Virus record (IMG/VR): IMGVR_UViG_3300036985_003763
Coordinates: 1-53,196 of that record
Reading direction: 5' to 3' (one strand)
Length of the DNA: 53,196 nucleotides
Source: a virus
Taxonomy: Duplodnaviria > Caudoviricetes
The number at the start of each line of letters is the position of its first letter. Position 1 is the first letter of the stretch. The notes under the pieces are model-generated. The model had not been told where the DNA came from. It worked only from the letters and a program-made list of their open reading frames with translations, and did not search any database. Shown here piece after piece: positions 36,221 to 44,129 of the stretch. A program made the position numbers and the translations under genes.

Positions 36221-38965
36221 TTATTGTCCCTTGTTTTTAGGGAAAAACCTATCAAAAAACGACTGCTTTTCATCAAAAGCCGATTTAATTTCCAATCTCA
36301 TTTCCTCAATGATTTTTTTAGTCTCATTGTCTTCCTTGTTCTTCAACAATTCGGTAATTTGTTGTTGGCGATTATCTGCGTCATTTTTCATCATTTCAGT
36401 TTGTTGCTGGAGATTTTCGCGCTGTTGTTCAAATGCATAGTTCATTTCAGCTAGACGTTGTTCAAACGCTTGCTGATCTTCTTTGCGTTGCTCCTCCATC
36501 ATTTTCAATTGTTGGTCAGCCAAGGCTTGCTTATGCTCAAACTCTTGTTGTGCTGTCAGACGTTGGTCATCAATTGATTCAAGTTGTTGCTCTGCTGTTA
36601 ATTTTTGTTGGTCAAAAGCTTGTTGCTGTTGTTCTAGCGCTTGTTTAAGTTTTTGCTCTTGGTCTTTAAGCTGTAATGTAGCTTGGTCAAGCTGTGTTTT
36701 ACGTGCAATTTCAGCTTTACCCAACTCCATTGCCACTTGAGATTGTGGGTCCATTTGCGGTGGTGGTGCTAGTTTCTGCGCAATTTGCATTGCTTTCTCT
36801 AGCATAGGCATAATCTCTGCCAACTCTTGCGCAATCTGTTGGTCTGCCAGAGCCACGGCTTTATGCACTTCGCCCTCCTCACTTTGGCCATTCATCTTAG
36901 CTAACTCGCCAAGCGCGGACATAGATGCTTTAGCATGCTGTTGGTAGAACATGATTAAATGCTCTTTACAGTGCTGTACTAACGCTGGCACCGTTGGATT
37001 ACCCATCAATGGGTTCTCGCCAAAGATTGGTGATGTTGCGAATAGTAAGTGCGTTATCATGTGCGCTTTATGGTCTTGGTCCATGTGCGCCGCTAGTGGC
37101 ATGCCTTTAGTAGCCAGTGCATTTTCCTCTACTGGGTCAACATGCTCTGGTTTTGGTGGCAATGGCAATACTTCATCAGCATATGGGAACTTCAATAGCT
37201 TCATACCGATGCGGTAGAGCTGTATACGGTCCCATGGCACTGTTTGGTCTTGTGATAACTGTACAACCGCTTGATACTGCGCGTAACGTTGCGCCTCACT
37301 GAATATGTGAGGGTCTGATACTGGTTGAATGTTATTGTTGTTTGTAAAGTCTTCAGGTGTTAATGGAGACTCTAAGTTGTCATTAACCGCGTTCAACACT
37401 TCTGGGAACGTACGGTTTAGACGTGAGATAATCTCTAGTGACTTGCGTTGTGACGCGTGTAAGCGAGCATGGATGGCTGCGTATGTGCTAGAACCTTGCT
37501 CAATCAACGCCATTGTCGTGCCAACTGGTGTACGGTCGCCTACAGAACTCAAGGCCTCCATACTTGTTGAGACCACACTCTTACCTGCTGTTTCCAAGTA
37601 ACCTAGTAATTGGAACAACACTGATGAAGGTGGGTTGAACGGCATTGGCATCGCAATCTTGCGAACGTCATCAATACCTGCTGGTGCCTCAATCTCACTA
37701 ACTTGCGTGACTTCAACTGATGTATTTTGACCAGTTACGCGACCACCTTTCAATTTCAGCATGGTTGCTGCATTGTTGATGTGTGCTGAGTCCATTAACG
37801 CACGTAATGCGCCTGTTAGAGCTGCTGACAGACCACCAATCAAGTGTGGCAAGCCAATACCGTACGCACCGCGCCATGGTATGAATTTGTACTCTACGAA
37901 CCAGTCTAATTTACCATACTTAGCGTCGCCTTCTTCCCAGTTACGGTAGATAGCCAACACTTCTTCTGTGTATTCGTCAATTGTGACGATGTAAGGTGCT
38001 TTTTTACCTTCTTCTACTAATGGGTCATCAATTTCAAGCCATGTGTAGATCTCTAGGACGCGGCGTAGGCCGTCATCGTTGTAAGCTGAGGCATCATCCT
38101 TACCCTCAATCTTATTATTGGCCTTCTGCGCTGCTGTTTCGTCTGGAAGGGTAGGTTTGTCTAGCTCAAGCTTCTCAATATCACGATACAGACCTGCTTT
38201 TACGCGATTTTGGAACGCAAAACGGGTAATATCTTGCGCATGGGTCACGCGAGGTGAGCGATAGAAGTTACTTGCTGCGAAAGGTAGGTAAACTGTGTCA
38301 ATCGGCACGAACTCAGTGCGAATTTCACCGTCTTCAACCCAGAATTTTTGATATTGACTACCACCCATCGGTGTTTGCGTCAACAATTGCTCTAACTCGT
38401 CGCGGTACTCTGAAATACCTTTAGTTAGCTGCCAGTTCATGCCACGTGCTTTTAATTCAGCGCGTTCGATGACGTCAGGATCGTTTTTGCCCTCAATAAA
38501 CGTCCTTACAGGGCCGTTTGCTGGGAATAATTCTTTGATTGCACGTGCTGAGAAGTCTACACAGGCCTCAGCCAAGATAGGATGCACCACGCGGCTCGCA
38601 CCCTCGAACTGAGCACCACCAGGCGCGTCATCACCAAGCCCAGTACGGCGTAAACCTTCTTCATACTGCTTGTCACGCTTCTCGCGGGCCTCTTTATCCT
38701 TCTCTACAAGCTCTACGTACTCTGTACCAATCTCGTCCAACTCACTCATGGACATGATTTCGGCTAAGTTCTCTAGGAACTCACCACTTTCTAGTGGCAT
38801 TTCATCTTCTAGTAGGGGAATATCGACGGAACCGTCTTCGTTTTCAAGCATGCCGTCCACGTCAAGGTCATCCTCAACCATTTCAGGCTCATTTATTAAA
38901 TTTGGGTCGACAATACCCGGTACTTCGCGTCCAAAGTCTGGGTCTTTATCAAAAATTTGCGCCAT
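36221..38965 (-). CDS. Portal protein with long C-terminal coiled-coil barrel
   Basis: Follows terL; FEGASRVVHPILAEAC, YGIGLPHLIG and PVGTTMALIE motifs. Confidence 0.9.
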   Translation of the reverse strand: MAQIFDKDPDFGREVPGIVDPNLINEPEMVEDDLDVDGMLENEDGSVDIPLLEDEMPLESGEFLENLAEIMSMSELDEIGTEYVELVEKDKEAREKRDKQYEEGLRRTGLGDDAPGGAQFEGASRVVHPILAEACVDFSARAIKELFPANGPVRTFIEGKNDPDVIERAELKARGMNWQLTKGISEYRDELEQLLTQTPMGGSQYQKFWVEDGEIRTEFVPIDTVYLPFAASNFYRSPRVTHAQDITRFAFQNRVKAGLYRDIEKLELDKPTLPDETAAQKANNKIEGKDDASAYNDDGLRRVLEIYTWLEIDDPLVEEGKKAPYIVTIDEYTEEVLAIYRNWEEGDAKYGKLDWFVEYKFIPWRGAYGIGLPHLIGGLSAALTGALRALMDSAHINNAATMLKLKGGRVTGQNTSVEVTQVSEIEAPAGIDDVRKIAMPMPFNPPSSVLFQLLGYLETAGKSVVSTSMEALSSVGDRTPVGTTMALIEQGSSTYAAIHARLHASQRKSLEIISRLNRTFPEVLNAVNDNLESPLTPEDFTNNNNIQPVSDPHIFSEAQRYAQYQAVVQLSQDQTVPWDRIQLYRIGMKLLKFPYADEVLPLPPKPEHVDPVEENALATKGMPLAAHMDQDHKAHMITHLLFATSPIFGENPLMGNPTVPALVQHCKEHLIMFYQQHAKASMSALGELAKMNGQSEEGEVHKAVALADQQIAQELAEIMPMLEKAMQIAQKLAPPPQMDPQSQVAMELGKAEIARKTQLDQATLQLKDQEQKLKQALEQQQQAFDQQKLTAEQQLESIDDQRLTAQQEFEHKQALADQQLKMMEEQRKEDQQAFEQRLAEMNYAFEQQRENLQQQTEMMKNDADNRQQQITELLKNKEDNETKKIIEEMRLEIKSAFDEKQSFFDRFFPKNKGQ

Positions 38966-39007
38966 GTAAGGCTCCTGCTGCAGGTGTTTGGATTAACGTG
39001 CTCTATA

Positions 39008-39035
39008 ATTCTAGCATAATACACTGTTTTTGCAA
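39008..39035 (-). promoter_or_regulatory. Sigma70-like promoter for portal operon
   Basis: TTGCAA-16-TAGAAT with extended TG; TACACT/AGTGTA inverted repeat around -35. Confidence 0.55.
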
Positions 39036-39044
39036 GTGTAGCAC

Positions 39045-39070
39045 AAAAAAAGCCCGTTTTTACTCGGGCT
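39045..39070 (-). terminator. Rho-independent terminator after terL
   Basis: AGCCCG-loop-CGGGCT followed by T run. Confidence 0.8.
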
Positions 39071-39131
39071 AATTAGGAGTTTTACTAATGCCCACTTACT
39101 GTTACACACTTTTATTATTTTTGCAAGCATT

Positions 39132-40691
39132 TTACGCAGCGTAAGGGTTAGTCTTGGGTTTTTCCCAGTACTCTTCTTCCATATCGTCCACTGCTTCGAG
39201 CGTTAGGAAGCCTGAATCCTTCAAATATATCAGCGCTTGCGTTGTACAGTCCACTCTATCGTCGTGCTCGCCCGCTGGGAACTTCTCCATCTCGTCGATA
39301 ACGTCCTTCGCCCAGCTCACAGGCTTGCCTTTGTTCTTTTTACTTTCTATAACGTACACCAACCCTGCGTCTATGATTGGCGCAATCATGTGTGCCCGTG
39401 AGACTTTGTCCGCCCTGCCAGGGTTGTAACCTCGCACTGGGACGTTCGCACGTCGCAAGTCTTGGATTAGCGACTGCCCGCTGGCTTTTTCCTCTATCAG
39501 CACCAAGTCCGTCTTGCGTCCTGGGTTACCGAGGTCGTCTGGATTACCTGCGTAGGAGTCACTGTACTCTGAGATGACCCTGCTTCTTAGGTCTGGGTAA
39601 CCTAGGTGCTCCGCCCAGGCGTCCATCATCAGCGCCACGTTCTCCCCGTGACGTTGCACTATGCCCCAGACCGTGCAGGCACTAGGGTCCCCTGATGTTT
39701 TTTCTGTGAAGGCCGTATCGTACGACTGGATGACATACTGCAATGGTGGAATAGGTTCTTTGGCTGGCCACAACTTAATGTTGTCAATTTTAATAATACC
39801 ACCGCCTGCTGGTGACGGCGATTGTTGCAACTGCCCCGCCGTACCATACTCACCCAGCGCAGCCTTGATTGGCGCCAGTGCTTTCGTATCGTAGAGCTCC
39901 GGCCACAGCAACTCACCTTTTGTCGTTCTAGGGTCGTACTTACCTAGGCTTGTCTTCCTCACCACCCCGTCCCACTCAGCTGGTAGGCACAGGTGCTCGT
40001 AACCACCCACTCTTAGCAGGTGCCCCGTCAGGTCTCGTTCGTGCAACCTTTGCATCACGATAACTTTGCTGCCTGTCTTAGGATTGTTTAGTCGCGTTGA
40101 CATGGCTTGGTCCCACCACTCAATCACGCCTTCTCGTATAACGTCCGACTGCGCTTCCATCGCCGAGTGCGGGTCATCCACCACAATCGCGCTACCACCC
40201 ATACCCGTAGTCGTACCACCCACGGACGTCGCAAACCGGTAGCCATACATGTCGTTCTCGTAGAAGGTCTTGGTGTTCTGGTCCCCAATGAGGCTAAACT
40301 TCTTGCCCCATCGCTCTTGGAACCACGTACTTTGTATCATGCGTCGGCACTTGAGCGAGTCCCGCATTGACAGGTTGCCTGAGTACGACGCGAACAGCCA
40401 TCTAAACTCTGGGTTATTGATCCACGTAAATACTGGCCATGCTACTGCGACCAATATAGACTTACAGTGGCGCGGTGGCATATTAATAATAAGATTACGA
40501 ATTTTACCTTCTGATACTGCTTGAAGATGGTCACAAATTGTTCTTAGATGCCACCCTTCAACAAAGGGAGTACCTGGCTCAATAACATCCCAAGCTTGTT
40601 TCATAAATTCGTATAGCGAAATTTCAGCTTTACGTTTATCTTGTTCAAATTTTACAGCCTTTAACAAGGCATTCGGGTTTACTATCGCCAT
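39132..40691 (-). CDS. terL: Terminase large subunit
   Basis: NMPPRHCKS Walker A, VVDDP Walker B, MQRLHE, YDTA, HDDRVD nuclease motif. Confidence 0.95.
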   Translation of the reverse strand: MAIVNPNALLKAVKFEQDKRKAEISLYEFMKQAWDVIEPGTPFVEGWHLRTICDHLQAVSEGKIRNLIINMPPRHCKSILVAVAWPVFTWINNPEFRWLFASYSGNLSMRDSLKCRRMIQSTWFQERWGKKFSLIGDQNTKTFYENDMYGYRFATSVGGTTTGMGGSAIVVDDPHSAMEAQSDVIREGVIEWWDQAMSTRLNNPKTGSKVIVMQRLHERDLTGHLLRVGGYEHLCLPAEWDGVVRKTSLGKYDPRTTKGELLWPELYDTKALAPIKAALGEYGTAGQLQQSPSPAGGGIIKIDNIKLWPAKEPIPPLQYVIQSYDTAFTEKTSGDPSACTVWGIVQRHGENVALMMDAWAEHLGYPDLRSRVISEYSDSYAGNPDDLGNPGRKTDLVLIEEKASGQSLIQDLRRANVPVRGYNPGRADKVSRAHMIAPIIDAGLVYVIESKKNKGKPVSWAKDVIDEMEKFPAGEHDDRVDCTTQALIYLKDSGFLTLEAVDDMEEEYWEKPKTNPYAA

Positions 40692-40694
40692 TAT

Positions 40695-41231
40695 TTACCC
40701 AAAATTAGCATACTCATCATGGTATATTGTAACAGCTTCACAGTACGCTTTATGAGCTTCTTCTGCTGTTTTGTACGAGCCTACTTTTTTTCTAAGCTTA
40801 TTAACTTTTATTTCTACGTAGTATGCTTTTTCTTTTTTTCTATAATATACACCTTTTAAACCTAGTTTATTAAGTATACTTACTTTCTTATTTTGTGCAT
40901 TTTGCACATGCGTGGCTTCTCTTAAATTCTCAATTCTATTATCTTTTCTATTTGAATTAATATGATCTATCAAATTTAGAGGGTCTACTTTTTTAAATAA
41001 TTTCCATACAATTCTAGATACTTTATATCTGCTACCGTCTATACAAACCCTATAATATCCTTCTCCCGCATCATTATCTACTAATTTACCAGCATACGCG
41101 CTTTTAAAGTGTAATTGTGATTTTTTAGTTTGGAAATGATGTTCAGGTCTATTTTTCCACGTTAGCATGCCTGTTTGTGAGTCATACTCAAAACATTCGT
41201 GTAGGTATTCTTGTGATGGTAGTGGCTTCAT
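40695..41231 (-). CDS. HNH-AP2 homing endonuclease
   Basis: IDHINSNRKDNRIENLREAT; GLKGVY...AHKAYCEA AP2-like tail; low GC. Confidence 0.92.
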   Translation of the reverse strand: MKPLPSQEYLHECFEYDSQTGMLTWKNRPEHHFQTKKSQLHFKSAYAGKLVDNDAGEGYYRVCIDGSRYKVSRIVWKLFKKVDPLNLIDHINSNRKDNRIENLREATHVQNAQNKKVSILNKLGLKGVYYRKKEKAYYVEIKVNKLRKKVGSYKTAEEAHKAYCEAVTIYHDEYANFG

Positions 41232-41251
41232 TATAAACTCCAGTTAAGTTT

Positions 41252-41330
41252 AATCAGTGTTGAAGGTTGTGGCAGGCAATCACTGAAATTGCTTTTTGGG
41301 AGCTACCCTAGCCACAAATGAATTATAGCA
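41252..41330 (-). ncRNA. Extended -10 promoter plus three-way-junction leader RNA
   Basis: TGCTATAAT; closing stem TTGTGGC/GCCACAA enclosing GGG-TAGCT-CCC and GCAAT-TTCAGTG-ATTGC hairpins. Confidence 0.6.
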
Positions 41331-41335
41331 TGTTT

Positions 41336-41776
41336 TTAGTTAGTTGCTTCTGGAGCCGCTTTTGCAAGCAGCGTTTGCAATGTTTCTAGTTCTGTGTCCG
41401 ACAAATTGGCTAACGACGACGCGTCTATCTTAATAGCACCACCGTCTTTACCCGATACTTCTAAATTAGTTGGTATGGCTCGCATTGAGTAGGTCATCAA
41501 TGTTTTGGCTGCTGAAATACGCTCGTTAGGGCTGCAGAATGGGTTCACCATCAGTCGACGGAGAATGTCCATCGGGTGCTGCGGCAACTCAGCCACGTAT
41601 TGCGCTTGTATTTTCAAGGCTTCTGGAGACAACGGGTCCACGCCCTTACGTCCGATACCTTCTATGTATGCCAGAAAGTTAGCGGTGTCCGTAGAGTCGG
41701 AAGTGTCTATCGGTAACGTCTCTTTAGAATTGTTTGCCATGGTTGGGTTTTTATCATTATTAAACAGACCTGTCAA
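41336..41776 (-). CDS. terS: Terminase small subunit (likely start MANNSK near 41740)
   Basis: ERISAAKTL and EVSGKDGGAIKI...LSDTELE motifs; upstream of terL. Confidence 0.75.
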   Translation of the reverse strand: MTGLFNNDKNPTMANNSKETLPIDTSDSTDTANFLAYIEGIGRKGVDPLSPEALKIQAQYVAELPQHPMDILRRLMVNPFCSPNERISAAKTLMTYSMRAIPTNLEVSGKDGGAIKIDASSLANLSDTELETLQTLLAKAAPEATN

Positions 41777-41849
41777 TAGTATACCATATATATTTTGCCT
41801 ATGGGACCTATTGTGTTATATTGTGGAATCTTCGTACTAGGTACTTCGC

Positions 41850-42221
41850 ATGCCGTTCAAGGATCCTGACAAGCGTAAGGAGAGAGGTAAGGTTTACTCC
41901 AAGCGCCATTACGAGGCCAACCGCCCTGCCCAAATAGAGCGCGTTCGCCTGAACAAAATTAAAAAGCGCCTCGAGTGGGAGACTTACAAGTCCACCCTCC
42001 AGTGCGCTAACTGTGGTGAGAACCACCCCTCCGCTTTAGACTTCCACCACGTAGAACCCCATCCCGACAACCGCAAGATTAGTGAACTAGCTCAGAACGG
42101 CGCTTACAAAATGGCCCGTGAGGAAATAGAATCCAAGTGCATCGTACTTTGCGCCAACTGCCACCGCAAGCACCACCCCGAAGAACGCCAACTAAAGGCA
42201 GGTCAGATTACTGAGAAGTAG
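41850..42221 (+). CDS. HNH endonuclease with Zn finger
   Basis: CANCGENHPSALDFHH...EIESKCIVLCANCHRKHH. Confidence 0.9.
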   Translation: MPFKDPDKRKERGKVYSKRHYEANRPAQIERVRLNKIKKRLEWETYKSTLQCANCGENHPSALDFHHVEPHPDNRKISELAQNGAYKMAREEIESKCIVLCANCHRKHHPEERQLKAGQITEK

Positions 42222-42308
42222 GCGTAGATTCGGTAGTTGTTACATGTAACGCAGAAAGCCGAAAAACTCGTTACTTACTACATCCTCTAGTGTCGGCTTA
42301 ACCGCCTA
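42219..42308. ncRNA. Candidate pseudoknotted non-coding RNA
   Basis: Nested pairs TAGGCG/CGCCTA, TAGA/TCTA, GTAGT/ACTAC and GTAACG/CGTTAC, plus crossing AAGCCGA/TCGGCTT. Confidence 0.6.
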
Positions 42309-42313
42309 AAAAC

Positions 42314-42766
42314 TTATTTACCAGTAACAAAGTCTTTAGCGCAAGCTTGTGCTTTAGCTAAGTCTTTAAAGTTTCCAACGTGTATAGATTTGTTGTTTAC
42401 TGTAAAACTAACTTTGTAATAATTTCTGTCTTTCGATACACCATAAATACCCGTATTGCTTGGCATACTTGGTTTATTTAAAGCATTTTCTCTGTAGTTA
42501 ACTAATCGTAAATTTTCAATAGTATTATCAGATTTATTTCTATTAACGTGATCAATCTGTTTATCAGATGGTATTTCACCCTTTAGCAAAGACCATATTA
42601 ATCTATGCGCGTAGTATTTAGTTTTGTTAAACTGTATAGCAATGTAGCCTTCTTTTCTTAAAGTTCCAGCTTTTTTACCAGTTGCTTTCCAATACAAATT
42701 ACCATTGTTATACTTAAATAAATTTAATAACTCATCTAGAACAATAGGCTTTTTAACAATTTTCAT
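42314..42766 (-). CDS. HNH(-AP2) homing endonuclease
   Basis: YYAHRLIW...IDHVNRNKSDNTIENLRLV...NTGIYGV; low GC. Confidence 0.92.
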   Translation of the reverse strand: MKIVKKPIVLDELLNLFKYNNGNLYWKATGKKAGTLRKEGYIAIQFNKTKYYAHRLIWSLLKGEIPSDKQIDHVNRNKSDNTIENLRLVNYRENALNKPSMPSNTGIYGVSKDRNYYKVSFTVNNKSIHVGNFKDLAKAQACAKDFVTGK

Positions 42767-42773
42767 ATATTAC

Positions 42774-42872
42774 CTTTCAGTGTAAGGTCCGTAAGAAATT
42801 TAAGTACTACCAGACGGTTACTGAAGCCGTGCGTGACCGCTAAGTCACTCTGGTAGTATTACTAATATATCA
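42774..42872 (-). ncRNA. Extended -10 promoter plus three-way-junction leader RNA
   Basis: TGATATATT; 10-bp stem TACTACCAGA/TCTGGTAGTA enclosing GTGAC-TTAGCG-GTCAC and ACGG-CTTCAGTAA-CCGT. Confidence 0.65.
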
Positions 42873-42878
42873 CAAATA

Positions 42879-42950
42879 TTAACGATTCATAACATATAAA
42901 GTTACTTCAAAACCGAAACGCATTATGGTTGCTGCTGGTGTAGTCCACAT
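42879..42950 (-). CDS. pqqA: Pyrroloquinoline quinone precursor peptide
   Basis: MWTTPAATIMRFGFEVTLYVMNR; E-x3-Y motif; AGGAGA RBS; below ORF-track cutoff. Confidence 0.93.
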   Translation of the reverse strand: MWTTPAATIMRFGFEVTLYVMNR

Positions 42951-43134
42951 GGTAATTCTCCTAGTTAGTAATGTGCAAAAAATGCACATATGTACATATT
43001 TCACTGTTTTTTATACACATCGTGTGTATATGTATAGATTTTGCTCTTTTTTGTACACGTTACAATACAGAAAACCATTATTTATGCTATATTTATTGTA
43101 CGCAGTTTTTTAATTTACAAGGAAGGTATCCATT

Positions 43135-43293
43135 ATGGCAACAGCTAAGAAAGGTCTGTATGCAAACGTTCATGCTAAACGTAAACGTATTGAAGAAGGC
43201 TCTGGCGAGAAGATGAATAAAGTAGGCTCTAAAAATGCACCTTCTGACAAAGACTTTAAAGACGCAGCTAAGACTAAAAAGAAAGGAAAGTAA
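43135..43293 (+). CDS. Small basic phage protein (GLYANxHAKR type)
   Basis: MATAKKGLYANVHAKRKRIEEGSGEKM...; AAGGAAGG RBS; not in ORF track. Confidence 0.8.
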   Translation: MATAKKGLYANVHAKRKRIEEGSGEKMNKVGSKNAPSDKDFKDAAKTKKKGK

Positions 43294-43294
43294 T

Positions 43295-43561
43295 ATGCCC
43301 ACGACTAAAGACTCTCGCTTAGAACGCGCTGGTGTGTCCGGCTACAACAAACCTAAGGCAACTCCTGGTCACCCAACTAAGTCCCACGTGGTGGTGGCCA
43401 AAGAAGGTGACCAAGTCAAGACCATTCGCTTTGGTCAGCAAGGCGTCAAGGGTAGCCCCGAAGGTAGCGCTCGTAACGACTCCTTCAAAGCACGTCACGC
43501 CAAGAACATTGCCAAGGGCAAGATGTCTGCTGCGTATTGGGCAGACAAAGTTAAGTGGTAA
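43295..43561 (+). CDS. Small basic phage protein (IRFGQQG...SFKARH...SAAYWA type)
   Basis: Conserved motifs; likely start MPTTKD right after the upstream stop. Confidence 0.8.
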   Translation: MPTTKDSRLERAGVSGYNKPKATPGHPTKSHVVVAKEGDQVKTIRFGQQGVKGSPEGSARNDSFKARHAKNIAKGKMSAAYWADKVKW

Positions 43562-43619
43562 TCCGTAACACTCAAATTCCGTAGTCTGTAACAATCCTCG
43601 TTTTATTCCACACAACCCA

Positions 43620-43759
43620 GTGCGACGTGCCTGGTACTCGGTGCAAGGTGCTGAGTACTTGGTACCTGGTGCTACGTGCTGAGTACTTGGTGCTAGGTAC
43701 TTAGTACTCCGAACCAAGCACTAGGCACCCTGAACCAAGCACCCCGTACTCCGCGCTTC
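43620..43759. repeat. Phased heptamer array 1 (20 units)
   Basis: gtgcgac gtgcctg gtactcg gtgcaag gtgctga...; 18 GYRC and 2 GAAC at exact 7-nt spacing. Confidence 0.9.
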
Positions 43760-43920
43760 GTCTCGCCTAGTTAACTTTAAACGTTTAAATTAGCTTCTTT
43801 AATTCTTTGTATTTTTCTGTAGCTACTCGGCACCCCTTAGCCCCTGCATGTCAGAACCGGTTTGGGGGTGCATGGGGTCGCAAAATCAAGAAGCCAAGCA
43901 CGACGAAACGGCGTCGCATA

Positions 43921-44027
43921 GCCCTTTGCGCCTAGCGCCACGCACCTAGCACGGCGTGACGTCGCACCTTAGCGCCTTGCACCTAGCGCCACGGGCTTAG
44001 CACCATGCACCTAGCACGCCGCGCCAG
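43921..44027. repeat. Heptamer array 2 (about 15 units)
   Basis: gcgccta gcgccac gcaccta gcacggc...; two 8-nt units. Confidence 0.85.
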
Positions 44028-44041
44028 TGTATATATATACA

Positions 44042-44083
44042 TTGCAAATAGTGTTTGACATCATTATATATACCTGCGAAAAT
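44042..44083 (+). promoter_or_regulatory. Early promoter(s) for ardC
   Basis: TTGACA-17-GAAAAT with extended TG; overlapping TTGCAA-17-TATATA. Confidence 0.55.
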
Positions 44084-44129
44084 TCTGTTATCGCGCTGTA
44101 TCGCGCTGACTATTTGAAAGGTATACATT

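Noticed and set aside
3896-40524. Many + strand ORFs opposite late genes
   Set aside because: Antisense shadows of well-supported - strand genes, lacking RBSs or motifs
42219-42308. Simple bidirectional terminator or known small ribozyme
   Set aside because: No U tracts downstream on either strand; catalytic consensus of known classes not recognisable by eye
44027-44042. LexA SOS box (gTGTATATATATACAt)
   Set aside because: The palindrome is real but both essential outer CTG/CAG bases are changed; at most an operator for another protein
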